Shown: positions 31,049-40,582, counted from the first letter of the stretch. The stretch is DNA of 64,000 bases from Microgenomates group bacterium RBG_16_45_19 (GCA_001803415.1 MHDC01000040.1:21869-85868), one strand, 5' to 3'. Notes: generated by a model from the sequence alone, not told the origin. Numbers and translations are program-made.

Positions 31049-31663
31049 ATGTTTAATTTTCTCCTGCATTTGGACCAACACCTTTATGCCCTCACCACCG
31101 CTTATGGTGGCTTAACTTACCTGATTCTCTTCCTCATTATCTTTGCCGAAACTGGACTAGTTTTCTTTCCTTTCTTACCCGGTGATTCACTCCTGTTTGC
31201 CGCCGGCGCCGTGGCTGCCTTAGGTGGTCTTAACCTTTTTGTCCTCCTGGTGGTGCTGACTTCGGCCGCCGTCCTAGGGGATACGGTTAATTATTGGATT
31301 GGCCATTATTTTGGCGAGCGCCTGATCCAACACCGTCGTTCCCCCCTTAAACCAGAGTCATTAGCCAAAACCCATCGTTTCTTTCAAAAACACGGCCAGA
31401 AAACTATCATCTTGGCTCGTTTTGTCCCGTTGGTCCGGACTTTCGCTCCCTTTATCGCCGGCCTCGGTACCATGGACTACCGCCCCTTTTTGATTTATAA
31501 CCTGATTGGTGGCGTCGCTTGGGTTAGCCTGTTTACCTTAACCGGTTACTTTTTTGGCAACCTGGCCATCGTTAAAAGTAATTTCTCCCTGATTATAATC
31601 ACCATCATTTTCATTTCCCTGCTGCCTATGGCCTACGAAGCCTGGCGGTCTCGTTTTAGTTAA
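31049..31663 (+). CDS. DedA/SNARE-associated family membrane protein
   Basis: FAETGLVFFPFLPGDSLLFAAG, ARFVPLVRTFAPFIAG. About 5 TM helices. Confidence 0.85.
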   Translation: MFNFLLHLDQHLYALTTAYGGLTYLILFLIIFAETGLVFFPFLPGDSLLFAAGAVAALGGLNLFVLLVVLTSAAVLGDTVNYWIGHYFGERLIQHRRSPLKPESLAKTHRFFQKHGQKTIILARFVPLVRTFAPFIAGLGTMDYRPFLIYNLIGGVAWVSLFTLTGYFFGNLAIVKSNFSLIIITIIFISLLPMAYEAWRSRFS

Positions 31664-32276
31664 CGTATTTTCTGACCACTCCCACTACTCGACCCTGAAT
31701 TCTCACTCGGGTAGCAAAGATCGGCGCCATGGCTGAATTGGCCGGTTCCAAGCGGACGCGGGTGGCTTCCTTAAAAAAGCGCTTCAACGTTGCCAAACCA
31801 TTATCCAGTAAAGCCACCACAATATCGCCATTATTCACCTGACTCTGCTCCTCCACCACCACGTAGTCACCGTCTAAGATGCCTTCTTCAATCATGGAAT
31901 CACCTTTGACCTGTAACACGTAAGATCGTTTCTGGCCACTGATCATTGCTGGTGAGACTTGAAACGTAGCGTTGGGATCGGTATGGGGTTCGATCGGCTG
32001 ACCGGCCGCAATAAACCCTAACACTGGCAAAGTAATCCCGGCTAAACTCCGATCCAAGCTGTCATCGGTAATTTCCAACCCCCGGACTGAGCCTTCATAC
32101 TTTTTAATCACCCCTTTGCGGTCCAAGGCCTGTAAGTGTTCGTGGACGGTGGCCAAACTGGAGACACCGATGGCATCGGCAATTTCCTGTAGAGTAGGGG
32201 AGTAACCGTTTTTCTGGATGTACTGGGTAATAAATTCAACAATTTGACGCTGACGTCTATATAAGGTGACTGGCAT
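31656..32276 (-). CDS. lexA: LexA repressor
   Basis: Winged-helix N-terminus (GYSPTLQEIADAIGVSSLATVHEHLQALDRKGVIKK), AAG cleavage site (FIAAGQP), S24 peptidase GDSMIEEGILDGD. Start ATG at 32276, preceded by AGGAGG; the track start at 32321 is less likely. Confidence 0.93.
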   Translation of the reverse strand: MPVTLYRRQRQIVEFITQYIQKNGYSPTLQEIADAIGVSSLATVHEHLQALDRKGVIKKYEGSVRGLEITDDSLDRSLAGITLPVLGFIAAGQPIEPHTDPNATFQVSPAMISGQKRSYVLQVKGDSMIEEGILDGDYVVVEEQSQVNNGDIVVALLDNGLATLKRFFKEATRVRLEPANSAMAPIFATRVRIQGRVVGVVRKYVN

Positions 32277-32287
32277 AATCCTCCTGT

Positions 32288-32302
32288 TTCGATAATACTT
32301 CG
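32288..32302. promoter_or_regulatory. Candidate LexA operator (TTCG-N7-TTCG) overlapping the lexA -10 box
   Basis: TTCGataatacTTCG. The same 4-N7-4 direct repeat recurs in the uvrA promoter at 34440-34454. Hypothesis only. Confidence 0.3.
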
Positions 32303-32321
32303 CCCGAAATAAACCCGTCAA
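32292..32321 (-). promoter_or_regulatory. Candidate lexA promoter
   Basis: On the minus strand: TTGACG (32321-32316), 18 nt, TATTAT (32297-32292), then cgaaacAGGAGGatt-ATG. Confidence 0.5.
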
Positions 32322-32353
32322 CTAGCACATTCTGGATCAAGTATAATTAGGCC

Positions 32354-34429
32354 ATGCCCCTCAAACTCAAAGCCCCCTTTTCTCCCCAGGGCGACCAACC
32401 TCAAGCCATCGACCAACTCAGCCGCTGGATCTTGAAAGGGCAGCCCCAGCAAACGCTGTTGGGGGTCACTGGCTCTGGCAAGACCTTTACTCTGGCTAAC
32501 GTCATTGCCAGGGTTCAACGGCAAACTTTGGTCATTTCCCATAACAAAACCTTAGCCGCTCAACTCTATCAAGAATTTAGAGACTTTTTTCCCGATAACG
32601 CCGTCTCTTATTTCGTCTCCTACTATGATTATTACCAACCGGAGTCTTACCTGCCGGCCACTGATACCTATATCGAAAAAGAGACTGACATTAACGATGA
32701 AATCGATAAATTACGCCTCTCAGCCACGGCCAATCTCCTCTCTCGACCTGACGTCATCGTCGTCGCCAGTGTTTCTTGTCTCTATAACTTAGGTTCACCT
32801 TTAAATTATAGTCAAAATTTTTTAGAATTAGTCCCTGGCCAGTTGATTGACCGCACCACCGTCGTCAACCGTTTAGTCGACATGCAATACCGCCGCTCCG
32901 ATTATGATTTAAAACGAGGTACCTTCCGTCAGTTAGGCGACCAATTAACCGTCTGGCCGGCCCATCAATCTCAGGCTTTAAAATTAACCTTCCTTGATGA
33001 TCAATTGGAAACGATTACTCCGATCGATCCCTTGACCGCCGCCCGCATTACCCCCGCTAGTCCCACTCCGGGCAACCTCCGCTTTGTCATTTTTCCGGCC
33101 AAACACTATCAGACTTCCGCCGCTGATCATCCGGCTGTATTCCGGCAAATTAGACAAGATTTGGCCGACCGCTTACGAGCTCTCAAAGCTCAAGGCCAAA
33201 CCCTCGCCGCCTACCGCTTAAGCCAACGGGTTAAGTATGACCTGGACATGATGGCCGAGTTGGGCTATGTCAATGGGATTGAAAACTATTCCCGTTACTT
33301 TGATGGTCGCCGCCCCGGTCAACCACCATCTACTCTTCTTGACTACTTTGCCCTCAACCAGAAACGCTTTTACTCCGTCGATGAACCTTACCTCACTCTT
33401 ATTGATGAATCACACATCACCCTGCCGCAAATCCGCAGTATGGCAGCCGGTGATCGTGCCCGGAAGCAGACCTTAATCGATTTCGGTTTTCGCTTGCCTT
33501 CGGCTCTGGACAACCGACCCTTAACTTATGCCGAATTCAGTCAACGCACCCCCCAGCTTATTTACGCCTCGGCTACTCCCGCCCCGGTGGAACTTAACCT
33601 GTCCCAGGGCTATATTGCCGAACAATTATTGCGCCCGACCGGTTTAATCGATCCCGACATTGAAGTTCGACCCTCGGCCGGTCAAATCGCCAATTTAGTC
33701 TCTGAAATCCTCCGCCAATGCTGCCGGGGCGAACGGGTGTTAGTGGCCACCTTAACCAAGCGCCAAGCCGAAGCCTTGGCTGAATATCTCAACCAGCCAG
33801 ATCATTTCCAGGATGCCACCCGATTACCCAAAGTCAATTATTTACACGCCGACATCGCTACCCTAGATCGGCAGGAAATCCTGGATGACCTGCGCCATGG
33901 CACTTACGATGTCATCGTTGGCATTAACCTCTTACGCGAAGGCCTCGATCTTCCCGAAGTTTCTCTAGTCGCCATTCTCGATGCCGATAAAGAGGGCTTT
34001 TTGCGCTCAACCACCTCTTTAATCCAAATGATGGGTCGGGCTGCCCGCCACCAACATGGTCACGTGATCATGTATGCCGATCACCAAACCGCCTCGATCT
34101 CCCAAGCCATTGCCGAAGTCAACCGCCGCCGCCGTTATCAGAAAGCCTATAATAAGAAACACCACCTCCAGCCTCGGGGTATCGCCAAACCCATTCGTCG
34201 CCGGCTTCTCAAACGACCGGTGGTCACTCCCACTCTCCCTCAAGAGTTACAGTCCTATGGTTGGACCAGCCTCAAGGACATCGAGCCGGACCAACTCACT
34301 CCCCAAGATCGCCGCCAGCTAACTAGTCGTTTTAAAAAACTGATGAATCAAGCTGCTCGCGACTGGCAGTTTGAACAGGCGGCTCGCTACCGGGATCTGA
34401 TCCACCAATTAACCCCAACCGCGACTTAA
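32354..34429 (+). CDS. uvrB: Excinuclease ABC subunit B
   Basis: 691 aa. GVTGSGKTFT Walker A, YYDYYQPE beta-hairpin region, helicase motifs (LIDESH, QMMGRAARH), C-terminal UVR motif (FEQAARYRDLI). Confidence 0.97.
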   Translation: MPLKLKAPFSPQGDQPQAIDQLSRWILKGQPQQTLLGVTGSGKTFTLANVIARVQRQTLVISHNKTLAAQLYQEFRDFFPDNAVSYFVSYYDYYQPESYLPATDTYIEKETDINDEIDKLRLSATANLLSRPDVIVVASVSCLYNLGSPLNYSQNFLELVPGQLIDRTTVVNRLVDMQYRRSDYDLKRGTFRQLGDQLTVWPAHQSQALKLTFLDDQLETITPIDPLTAARITPASPTPGNLRFVIFPAKHYQTSAADHPAVFRQIRQDLADRLRALKAQGQTLAAYRLSQRVKYDLDMMAELGYVNGIENYSRYFDGRRPGQPPSTLLDYFALNQKRFYSVDEPYLTLIDESHITLPQIRSMAAGDRARKQTLIDFGFRLPSALDNRPLTYAEFSQRTPQLIYASATPAPVELNLSQGYIAEQLLRPTGLIDPDIEVRPSAGQIANLVSEILRQCCRGERVLVATLTKRQAEALAEYLNQPDHFQDATRLPKVNYLHADIATLDRQEILDDLRHGTYDVIVGINLLREGLDLPEVSLVAILDADKEGFLRSTTSLIQMMGRAARHQHGHVIMYADHQTASISQAIAEVNRRRRYQKAYNKKHHLQPRGIAKPIRRRLLKRPVVTPTLPQELQSYGWTSLKDIEPDQLTPQDRRQLTSRFKKLMNQAARDWQFEQAARYRDLIHQLTPTAT

Positions 34430-34439
34430 GCCTTGCCTA

Positions 34440-34454
34440 TTCGCTTTTCCTTCG
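34440..34454. promoter_or_regulatory. Candidate LexA operator (TTCG-N7-TTCG) abutting the uvrA -10 box
   Basis: TTCGcttttccTTCG, followed 2 nt later by TATGAT (34457-34462) and the uvrA ATG at 34474. Confidence 0.3.
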
Positions 34455-34473
34455 TGTATGATTAAGGGTCCTT

Positions 34474-37400
34474 ATGTCCCCAACTTCTGTCAGTCCCTTA
34501 ACTCATCTCCTGATTCGGGGGGCTAAACAACATAACCTAAAAAACGTTAGCCTCAACTTACCCAAAAATCAGTTGGTGGTTTTTACCGGTTTGTCCGGAT
34601 CGGGTAAAAGTTCGTTGGCTTTCGATACAATTTATGCCGAGGGACAACGTCGTTACGTTGAAAGTTTATCCAGTTATGCCCGTCAATTCTTAGGTATTAT
34701 GCCTAAACCTGAAGTCGAGTCCATCGACGGTTTGGCTCCGGCCATTTCCATTGATCAAAAAACGACTTCGCATAATCCCCGGTCGACCGTTGGCACCATT
34801 ACCGAGATCTACGACTATCTCAGGTTGCTTTACGCTCGTATTGGCCAAGCTCACTGCCCCCGCTGCCTTAAGGCCTTAACCCCTCAAACCACCGACCAAA
34901 TTACCACCGCTATCACTCAGCTGATCGTTGCTTCAGCCACCACCGCCGTTCCCAGCCGCTGGCTAATTTTAAGCCCGGTTATCCGCGACCAACCCGGTGA
35001 CTTTAACCACTTGTTTACCAGTTTACACCGTCAAGGTTATCAACATTTGCGACTGGATGGTCGCCTCCATTCCCTGGACCAGGATCTCCTCTTGCTTAAA
35101 ACCAACCGCCATACTATTGAAGTCGTCCTTGATCGCCTGACTTATAGTCCCAAAGTTAAACCGGCCTCCGCCACCTTGACCGCCCGCTTAAGCCAAGTGG
35201 TTGAGTCGGCCTTAAGCTTATCTCAAGGCTATATTATCGCTGCTCAAGTCCACGACCCGGCTCTCACCTTCCCAGCGGATCCGCACCAATATACCGATCA
35301 CCTCTATAGCCAACTCTTAACCTGCCCCGATTGTCGTTTAGATTTTCCCGAACTCGAACCGGCCCTCTTTTCCTTTAATACGCCACAAGGAGCTTGCCCG
35401 ACTTGTCATGGTCTAGGTACTCTCTTAAAAATTGATCCGCAAAAATTAATTGCTCCGGAATTAACTTTGACTGAAGGTGCCTTGATCCCCCTGGCTAGGG
35501 CTCTCACTTCGGATTCTTGGTATGCCCGTAAATTACAGGTGGTGACCACCGCTTCTGACCAGGTTTCGACTAGTCCCTTCTTGGAGTTGCCTCAACCCTT
35601 GCGTCAGGAAATTCTTTATGGTTCCCGCCGTTGGTATCGGGTGTCCGGCTCCAGCCGCTCCGGCCGAAACTTAAGTTACACCTTCCAGTGGGAAGGAGTG
35701 GTTAACGAACTGGAGCGACGCTACCGGGAAACTAAATCCGACTTTATTCGGGCGGAAATTGGCCGGTTTATGACCAAACACACCTGTCCCACCTGTCAGG
35801 GTGCCCGGCTCAAACCCGAAAGCCTCCTGGTCACGATCAACCATTTAAATTTGCATCAGCTCACCAGTTTATCCTTAGCTGAAGCCTTGACCTTTTTTAA
35901 AACTCTTGATCACCAATTAACTTCCCCGACTGCCACCCAATTTACCCCCGCCCAAAAAGCCGTCAGTCTTAATGTCGCTCAAGCCATTTTAAAGCGCTGT
36001 CAATTTTTACTCGCCGTTGGTTTAGACTACTTAACTTTAAACCGGGAGGCGGCCAGTTTAGCCGGCGGTGAAGCCCAACGGATCCGCCTGGCTTCCCAAA
36101 TCGGCTCCGGTCTCACTGGCGTCCTTTATGTCATGGACGAACCCACCATCGGTCTCCACCCCCGCGACAATCACCGTTTGATTCAAACTCTCCTTAAGCT
36201 TCGTGATTTAGGCAATACCTTAATTGTCGTCGAACACGATCGGGAAATTATGAAGGCGGCTGATTATCTGGTGGACTTTGGCCCGAAAGCCGGCGATCAC
36301 GGTGGCCAGATTGTGGCTCAAGGCACTTTAAATGATCTAAAAGAGCAACCGCTCTCTCTTACCGGCCAATATCTCTCCCAACGTCGCCAAATCTCTCCGA
36401 GTCGTCTTAAAACCGCCGCTGCCCATCTCAAGCACCGTTTAACTTTACCTTTAATAGTCGCTCCTTCCCCGGCCGCCACTTTAACCTTAACCGGGGCAAC
36501 CCAAAATAACCTTAAACAATTAACCGTTGCCTTTCCCCTGGGTCAATTAATTGCCGTTTCTGGCGTCTCCGGTTCCGGTAAAAGTTCCCTGATTCACGAT
36601 ACCCTTTATCCAGCCTTAAAACAGGCATTGACCGCTACTCCTATTGAAACACCCAATTTCACCCATCTCGAAGGCTTCGAATCGATTACCAAAGTCGCTT
36701 TAATTGATCAAAGCCCGATTGGTCGGACCCCAAGGAGTAATCCGGTCACCTACACCAAAGCTTTTGACCATATTCGCCAACTCTTTACCCAAACCCGAAC
36801 CGCCCGCACCAAAGGCTTTAAAGCCGGTCGGTTTAGTTTTAATGTCAAGGGCGGTCGCTGCGAAGCTTGTCAGGGTGGGGGAGTCATTAAAATCACTATG
36901 CAATTTCTGCCTGACATTTATGTCACTTGCGATAGTTGTCACGGGCTACGATACAATCGGGACACTCTGGCCGTTTTGTACCGCGGTCTCTCCATTGCCG
37001 AGGTCCTCAATCTCTCCGTCGACCAAGCCTTAAACCATTTCTCCGCCCACCCTAAGTTAGTTCATATTCTTGCCACCCTTCAGGCGGTTGGCCTCGGTTA
37101 TCTTAAGCTGGGTCAAACCGCCCCTACCCTTTCCGGTGGCGAAGCTCAACGGGTCAAATTATCCCGTGAGCTCAGCCAGACCAGTGCCGGTCACACTGTT
37201 TATCTCCTGGACGAACCCACCACCGGTCTGCACTTTGAGGATGTCTTTAATTTAATGGTGATTCTCAAGGAGTTGGTCTCCGCCAATAATACCGTCATCA
37301 TCATTGAACATAACCTGGACGTTTTGGCCAACGCCGATTGGCTGATTGATTTAGGCCCGGAAGGTGGTGCTGGTGGTGGTCGGCTGATCGCGGCTGGTCC

Positions 37401-37476
37401 GCCGGCCGTGATTTCTAAGGATCCCCAATCTTACACCGGTCGCTTCTTACACCACCGACCTATACAAGACCCTTAA
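34474..37476 (+). CDS. uvrA: Excinuclease ABC subunit A
   Basis: 1000 aa. Two ABC modules (GLSGSGKSSLAFDT; GVSGSGKSSLIHDT), LSGGEAQR twice, zinc modules (CPRC..., CPTCHGLG, CEACQGGG...CDSCHG). Confidence 0.97.
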   Translation: MSPTSVSPLTHLLIRGAKQHNLKNVSLNLPKNQLVVFTGLSGSGKSSLAFDTIYAEGQRRYVESLSSYARQFLGIMPKPEVESIDGLAPAISIDQKTTSHNPRSTVGTITEIYDYLRLLYARIGQAHCPRCLKALTPQTTDQITTAITQLIVASATTAVPSRWLILSPVIRDQPGDFNHLFTSLHRQGYQHLRLDGRLHSLDQDLLLLKTNRHTIEVVLDRLTYSPKVKPASATLTARLSQVVESALSLSQGYIIAAQVHDPALTFPADPHQYTDHLYSQLLTCPDCRLDFPELEPALFSFNTPQGACPTCHGLGTLLKIDPQKLIAPELTLTEGALIPLARALTSDSWYARKLQVVTTASDQVSTSPFLELPQPLRQEILYGSRRWYRVSGSSRSGRNLSYTFQWEGVVNELERRYRETKSDFIRAEIGRFMTKHTCPTCQGARLKPESLLVTINHLNLHQLTSLSLAEALTFFKTLDHQLTSPTATQFTPAQKAVSLNVAQAILKRCQFLLAVGLDYLTLNREAASLAGGEAQRIRLASQIGSGLTGVLYVMDEPTIGLHPRDNHRLIQTLLKLRDLGNTLIVVEHDREIMKAADYLVDFGPKAGDHGGQIVAQGTLNDLKEQPLSLTGQYLSQRRQISPSRLKTAAAHLKHRLTLPLIVAPSPAATLTLTGATQNNLKQLTVAFPLGQLIAVSGVSGSGKSSLIHDTLYPALKQALTATPIETPNFTHLEGFESITKVALIDQSPIGRTPRSNPVTYTKAFDHIRQLFTQTRTARTKGFKAGRFSFNVKGGRCEACQGGGVIKITMQFLPDIYVTCDSCHGLRYNRDTLAVLYRGLSIAEVLNLSVDQALNHFSAHPKLVHILATLQAVGLGYLKLGQTAPTLSGGEAQRVKLSRELSQTSAGHTVYLLDEPTTGLHFEDVFNLMVILKELVSANNTVIIIEHNLDVLANADWLIDLGPEGGAGGGRLIAAGPPAVISKDPQSYTGRFLHHRPIQDP

Positions 37477-37495
37477 GCTTTGATAAGTTAAGGAC

Positions 37496-39373
37496 ATGCT
37501 TCGTCTCATCTTGGTTGTTCCGGTTTTATTTACCTTTTGTCTATGGATCAGTCCTCAGTCAATTTTGGCCCAAACCGCTTTCCAAAGCCGGGTTAAAACT
37601 ACCTATACCGTTGACTTAACTGGTCTGACTCAAGTTCATCAAATTTATACCATCACCAATCTCACCGCTTCGGCCTATGCCGCCCACTATTCTCTGGATA
37701 TTGCTTCCCCCACCGTTAACCGCCCAGAGGCTTATTCCCTAAGCGGCGAGGCCATTGTCATCGAAGCCCTGAACCAACCGTCCGGCACCAGCCTTACCCT
37801 CACCTTCCCGGAAAAAACTGTCGGCAAAGGTAAAGAATTGACCTTTAGCTTAACCTATTTCGATCCCTCTTTGTCTCAAAAAATTGGTTCCGCTTTACAT
37901 CTGACTCTGCCCGGTTTTACCCCGGACTCGGCCGTCCAAGTCGACACCACTACCCTCATGATCCCCTTAGAATTCGGGGCTCCCGTCAGCCTCAGCCCTG
38001 ATCCGGATCAAGTCCAAAGTGACCCGGCCTATACCAAATTAATTTATTTTTCTACCGACCGGCTGGCGGCTGGACTCAAGGCTCTTTTTGGCGACAAACA
38101 AACCTACCAGGTTGCTTTAAATTATCAGCTCATCAATGCCACCATTACCCCAGTCGATACCCAAATCACCCTGCCGCCGGATACCCCTAACCAACGGGTT
38201 TATCTGGAACATTTAACTCCAGACCCGGTCGCCCTCCACGCCGATGCCGACGGTAACTGGTTAGCTACTTATCACTTAGACCCCAGAGCCGAACTATTGG
38301 TCGATTATCTCAGCACCGTCGTTATCTACGGCTCGGTCCAACCTGACCCTCACCCCCGACCGGCTGGCCAGGCTTATCTGGCCTCCGACCGCTTCTGGCC
38401 AGTCGATGATCCTAAACTGCTTGAGTTGGCTAATCACTTACAGACTCCGACCGCCATCTACCAATACTTGGTCACTCAACCTCAGGCTGCCGACTCAAAC
38501 TTAGCCAAACTCGTCAAACGCTCCGGGTCGGCTCCGGTTTCCGCCCAAAGCGATCTTACTTCCCTGGACTATGCCGACGCTTTTATCACTCTGGCTCGGG
38601 CGGCCGGCATCCCTGCCCGGCTGCATCGCGGTTACGGCATCTTGACTCAGCCACTGACCCCATCTCAAGCCGGCCTTGGTCCGGCTTTCCATGCTTGGGC
38701 TGATTATTATGATCAGGTCACCGCCCAGTGGCGTCCGGTTGACCCTACCTGGGGTCAGACCGCCGCTGCCGCCTACTTTAATCAATTAGATCTAAATCAC
38801 CTCACTTTAAGACTTCATGGCGTCAATCCTGAACCGTCTTACCTCAATCAGATTCCTGGACCGGATCCAGCTTTAACGGACATTAACGTTTCCGTCACCG
38901 AGCGCTACCCCCCCAAGACCACTCACTTAACCACCGCGGTCACCCTGCCGTTAACTACTCGCCTCGGCTTAACTCATTGGCTGACTTTGACCTTGGTTAA
39001 TGCCTCCAATTACACTTTATATGACATTCCTTTAACCGTCTCGGTCTCGAACCGGGACTTAGTTCACCCACCCTCTCAGACTTTACCCGCGCTCATTCCT
39101 TCTCAAACCGCCAACCTTAAGTTACAATTCAAACCCAGCTGGCCTCAACCAACATCAATCATCATGGTCAACGCTTATGGCCAAACCGACACCCACCTTC
39201 TCCACTACTATACCCGCTATGTCAGCTCCGGCCTTCTCCTGGGAGGCGCCGTTATCCTGGCCGGTCTCGCCTTCAGCCTTGCCCGACCGGCCTGGCGTTT
39301 ATTGTTTCCTCGATCATCACCGCCGTCCACTCTACCTCGGCAAAGCCAAAAACCTCCGTCAACGTCTCAGTAA
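37496..39373 (+). CDS. Secreted/membrane-anchored transglutaminase-like domain protein
   Basis: 625 aa. N-terminal signal/TM (LILVVPVLFTFCLWISPQSILA) and a beta-rich N-terminal half. Transglutaminase-like core LDYADAFITLARAAGIPARLHRGY...FHAWADYYD...WRPVDPTW. C-terminal TM helix (LLLGGAVILAGLAFSLA). The last ~50 codons overlap uvrC. Confidence 0.65.
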   Translation: MLRLILVVPVLFTFCLWISPQSILAQTAFQSRVKTTYTVDLTGLTQVHQIYTITNLTASAYAAHYSLDIASPTVNRPEAYSLSGEAIVIEALNQPSGTSLTLTFPEKTVGKGKELTFSLTYFDPSLSQKIGSALHLTLPGFTPDSAVQVDTTTLMIPLEFGAPVSLSPDPDQVQSDPAYTKLIYFSTDRLAAGLKALFGDKQTYQVALNYQLINATITPVDTQITLPPDTPNQRVYLEHLTPDPVALHADADGNWLATYHLDPRAELLVDYLSTVVIYGSVQPDPHPRPAGQAYLASDRFWPVDDPKLLELANHLQTPTAIYQYLVTQPQAADSNLAKLVKRSGSAPVSAQSDLTSLDYADAFITLARAAGIPARLHRGYGILTQPLTPSQAGLGPAFHAWADYYDQVTAQWRPVDPTWGQTAAAAYFNQLDLNHLTLRLHGVNPEPSYLNQIPGPDPALTDINVSVTERYPPKTTHLTTAVTLPLTTRLGLTHWLTLTLVNASNYTLYDIPLTVSVSNRDLVHPPSQTLPALIPSQTANLKLQFKPSWPQPTSIIMVNAYGQTDTHLLHYYTRYVSSGLLLGGAVILAGLAFSLARPAWRLLFPRSSPPSTLPRQSQKPPSTSQ

Positions 39374-40529
39374 TTATCGGGTGCTTCCCGGGCTACTTTC
39401 CAAAACCAGGGCCATGCTCACTCAAGCCACCAGTTTGCGCTTGCTTTGTCTTTCGTCCGAATTAGCCGCCTTACTGGTTGAAGCCCAGTTAGTCAAGCAC
39501 TACCAACCACCCTACAACCAACAACTCAAAGATGATAAATCACCCCTCTACCTCTGTGTCACGGCCGAAACTTACCCTCGGTTGTTAACTTTACGCCGCC
39601 CTCAGCTACCGCTTTATCCCAACAGTCAGCTTTTTGGTCCGTTTTTGTCCGCCACCGAATTAAAACGCCTTCTCACTCAAGCTCGAGCGGTTTTTCCCTA
39701 TTGCCAGCTTAGCCCCCGGCAAAAACAATTAAACCGCCCCTGTTTTTATACCCACCTCAACTTATGCCCCGGTGCTTGTTGTGGCCGGATTACGCCAGCC
39801 GCCTATGGCCGCCTGATCCGGCAACTCTTAAATTTTCTTCAGGGTAACCCGTCCCAGACTCAACGTTACTTGACTCGGGCACTTCATCACGCTATCAAGT
39901 CATTAGACTTTGAAACCGCCCAAACCTTAAAAAAACGCCTCGAACGTCTCCTTTCCTTTGAAACCTCCTGGCACTTGTCCCGGGTTACCTCTCTGCCGGT
40001 TTTCGATCGGGAACTTAGTCGTCATCAACTGCAAAACATACCCCCCCTGCTCCACCAAGCCGGTTTAACCATTAGCCTTAAACAACTTGAGCGCTTGGAA
40101 ATGTATGACGTCGCCCACCTGCAGGGTCAAGCCGCTACCGGTGCCATGGTGGTGGCTCTTTCCGGCCAGTTATCTCCTCAAGCCTACCGTCACTTTACCC
40201 TTAAAGGTCCGGTCACTCAAAACGATCCTTTAATGCTGTCAGAAATTTTGCAGCGACGCTTTCGTCACCATGATTGGCCAACTCCAGGTTTAGTCATCGT
40301 CGATGGTGGTCATCATCAGCTGACCGCCGTCGCCCCCCTGCTGCCGCCTGGCGTGGCTCTGATCGGCTTAGCCAAACACCCTGATCATTTAGTCGTTCTT
40401 AAGCCCACCGGCAGCCGTCGTCTGACTTTAATTCCGGGTACCCCCGCCGCTAATCTGCTCCTTACCCTCCGTGATGAAGCCCACCGCTTCGCCCGCCGGC
40501 TCCACCACCACCACACCCGCCTGGTCTAA
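39219..40529 (+). CDS. uvrC: Excinuclease ABC subunit C, short form without a C-terminal (HhH)2 domain
   Basis: GIY-YIG (PGVYCFLDHHRRPLYLGKAKNLRQRL), Cys cluster (CFYTHLNLCPGACCG), UVR motif (FETAQTLKKRLERL), endonuclease domain (VIVDGGHHQL, LRDEAHRFA). Start is uncertain: ATG 39219 lies 7 nt after TACTAT (39206-39211); alternatives are ATG 39177 and TTG 39279. Confidence 0.85.
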   Translation: MSAPAFSWEAPLSWPVSPSALPDRPGVYCFLDHHRRPLYLGKAKNLRQRLSNYRVLPGLLSKTRAMLTQATSLRLLCLSSELAALLVEAQLVKHYQPPYNQQLKDDKSPLYLCVTAETYPRLLTLRRPQLPLYPNSQLFGPFLSATELKRLLTQARAVFPYCQLSPRQKQLNRPCFYTHLNLCPGACCGRITPAAYGRLIRQLLNFLQGNPSQTQRYLTRALHHAIKSLDFETAQTLKKRLERLLSFETSWHLSRVTSLPVFDRELSRHQLQNIPPLLHQAGLTISLKQLERLEMYDVAHLQGQAATGAMVVALSGQLSPQAYRHFTLKGPVTQNDPLMLSEILQRRFRHHDWPTPGLVIVDGGHHQLTAVAPLLPPGVALIGLAKHPDHLVVLKPTGSRRLTLIPGTPAANLLLTLRDEAHRFARRLHHHHTRLV

Positions 40530-40582
40530 AGTCCCACTATGCCTATATAAATTTAAAAATTCTCACCAGAGGGTAATCAAGC

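Noticed and set aside
31656-31663. The 8-nt convergent overlap of the DedA and lexA 3' ends, considered as a possible antisense regulatory arrangement.
   Set aside because: Short convergent overlaps are common in this very compact window. No hairpin or other signal is associated with it.
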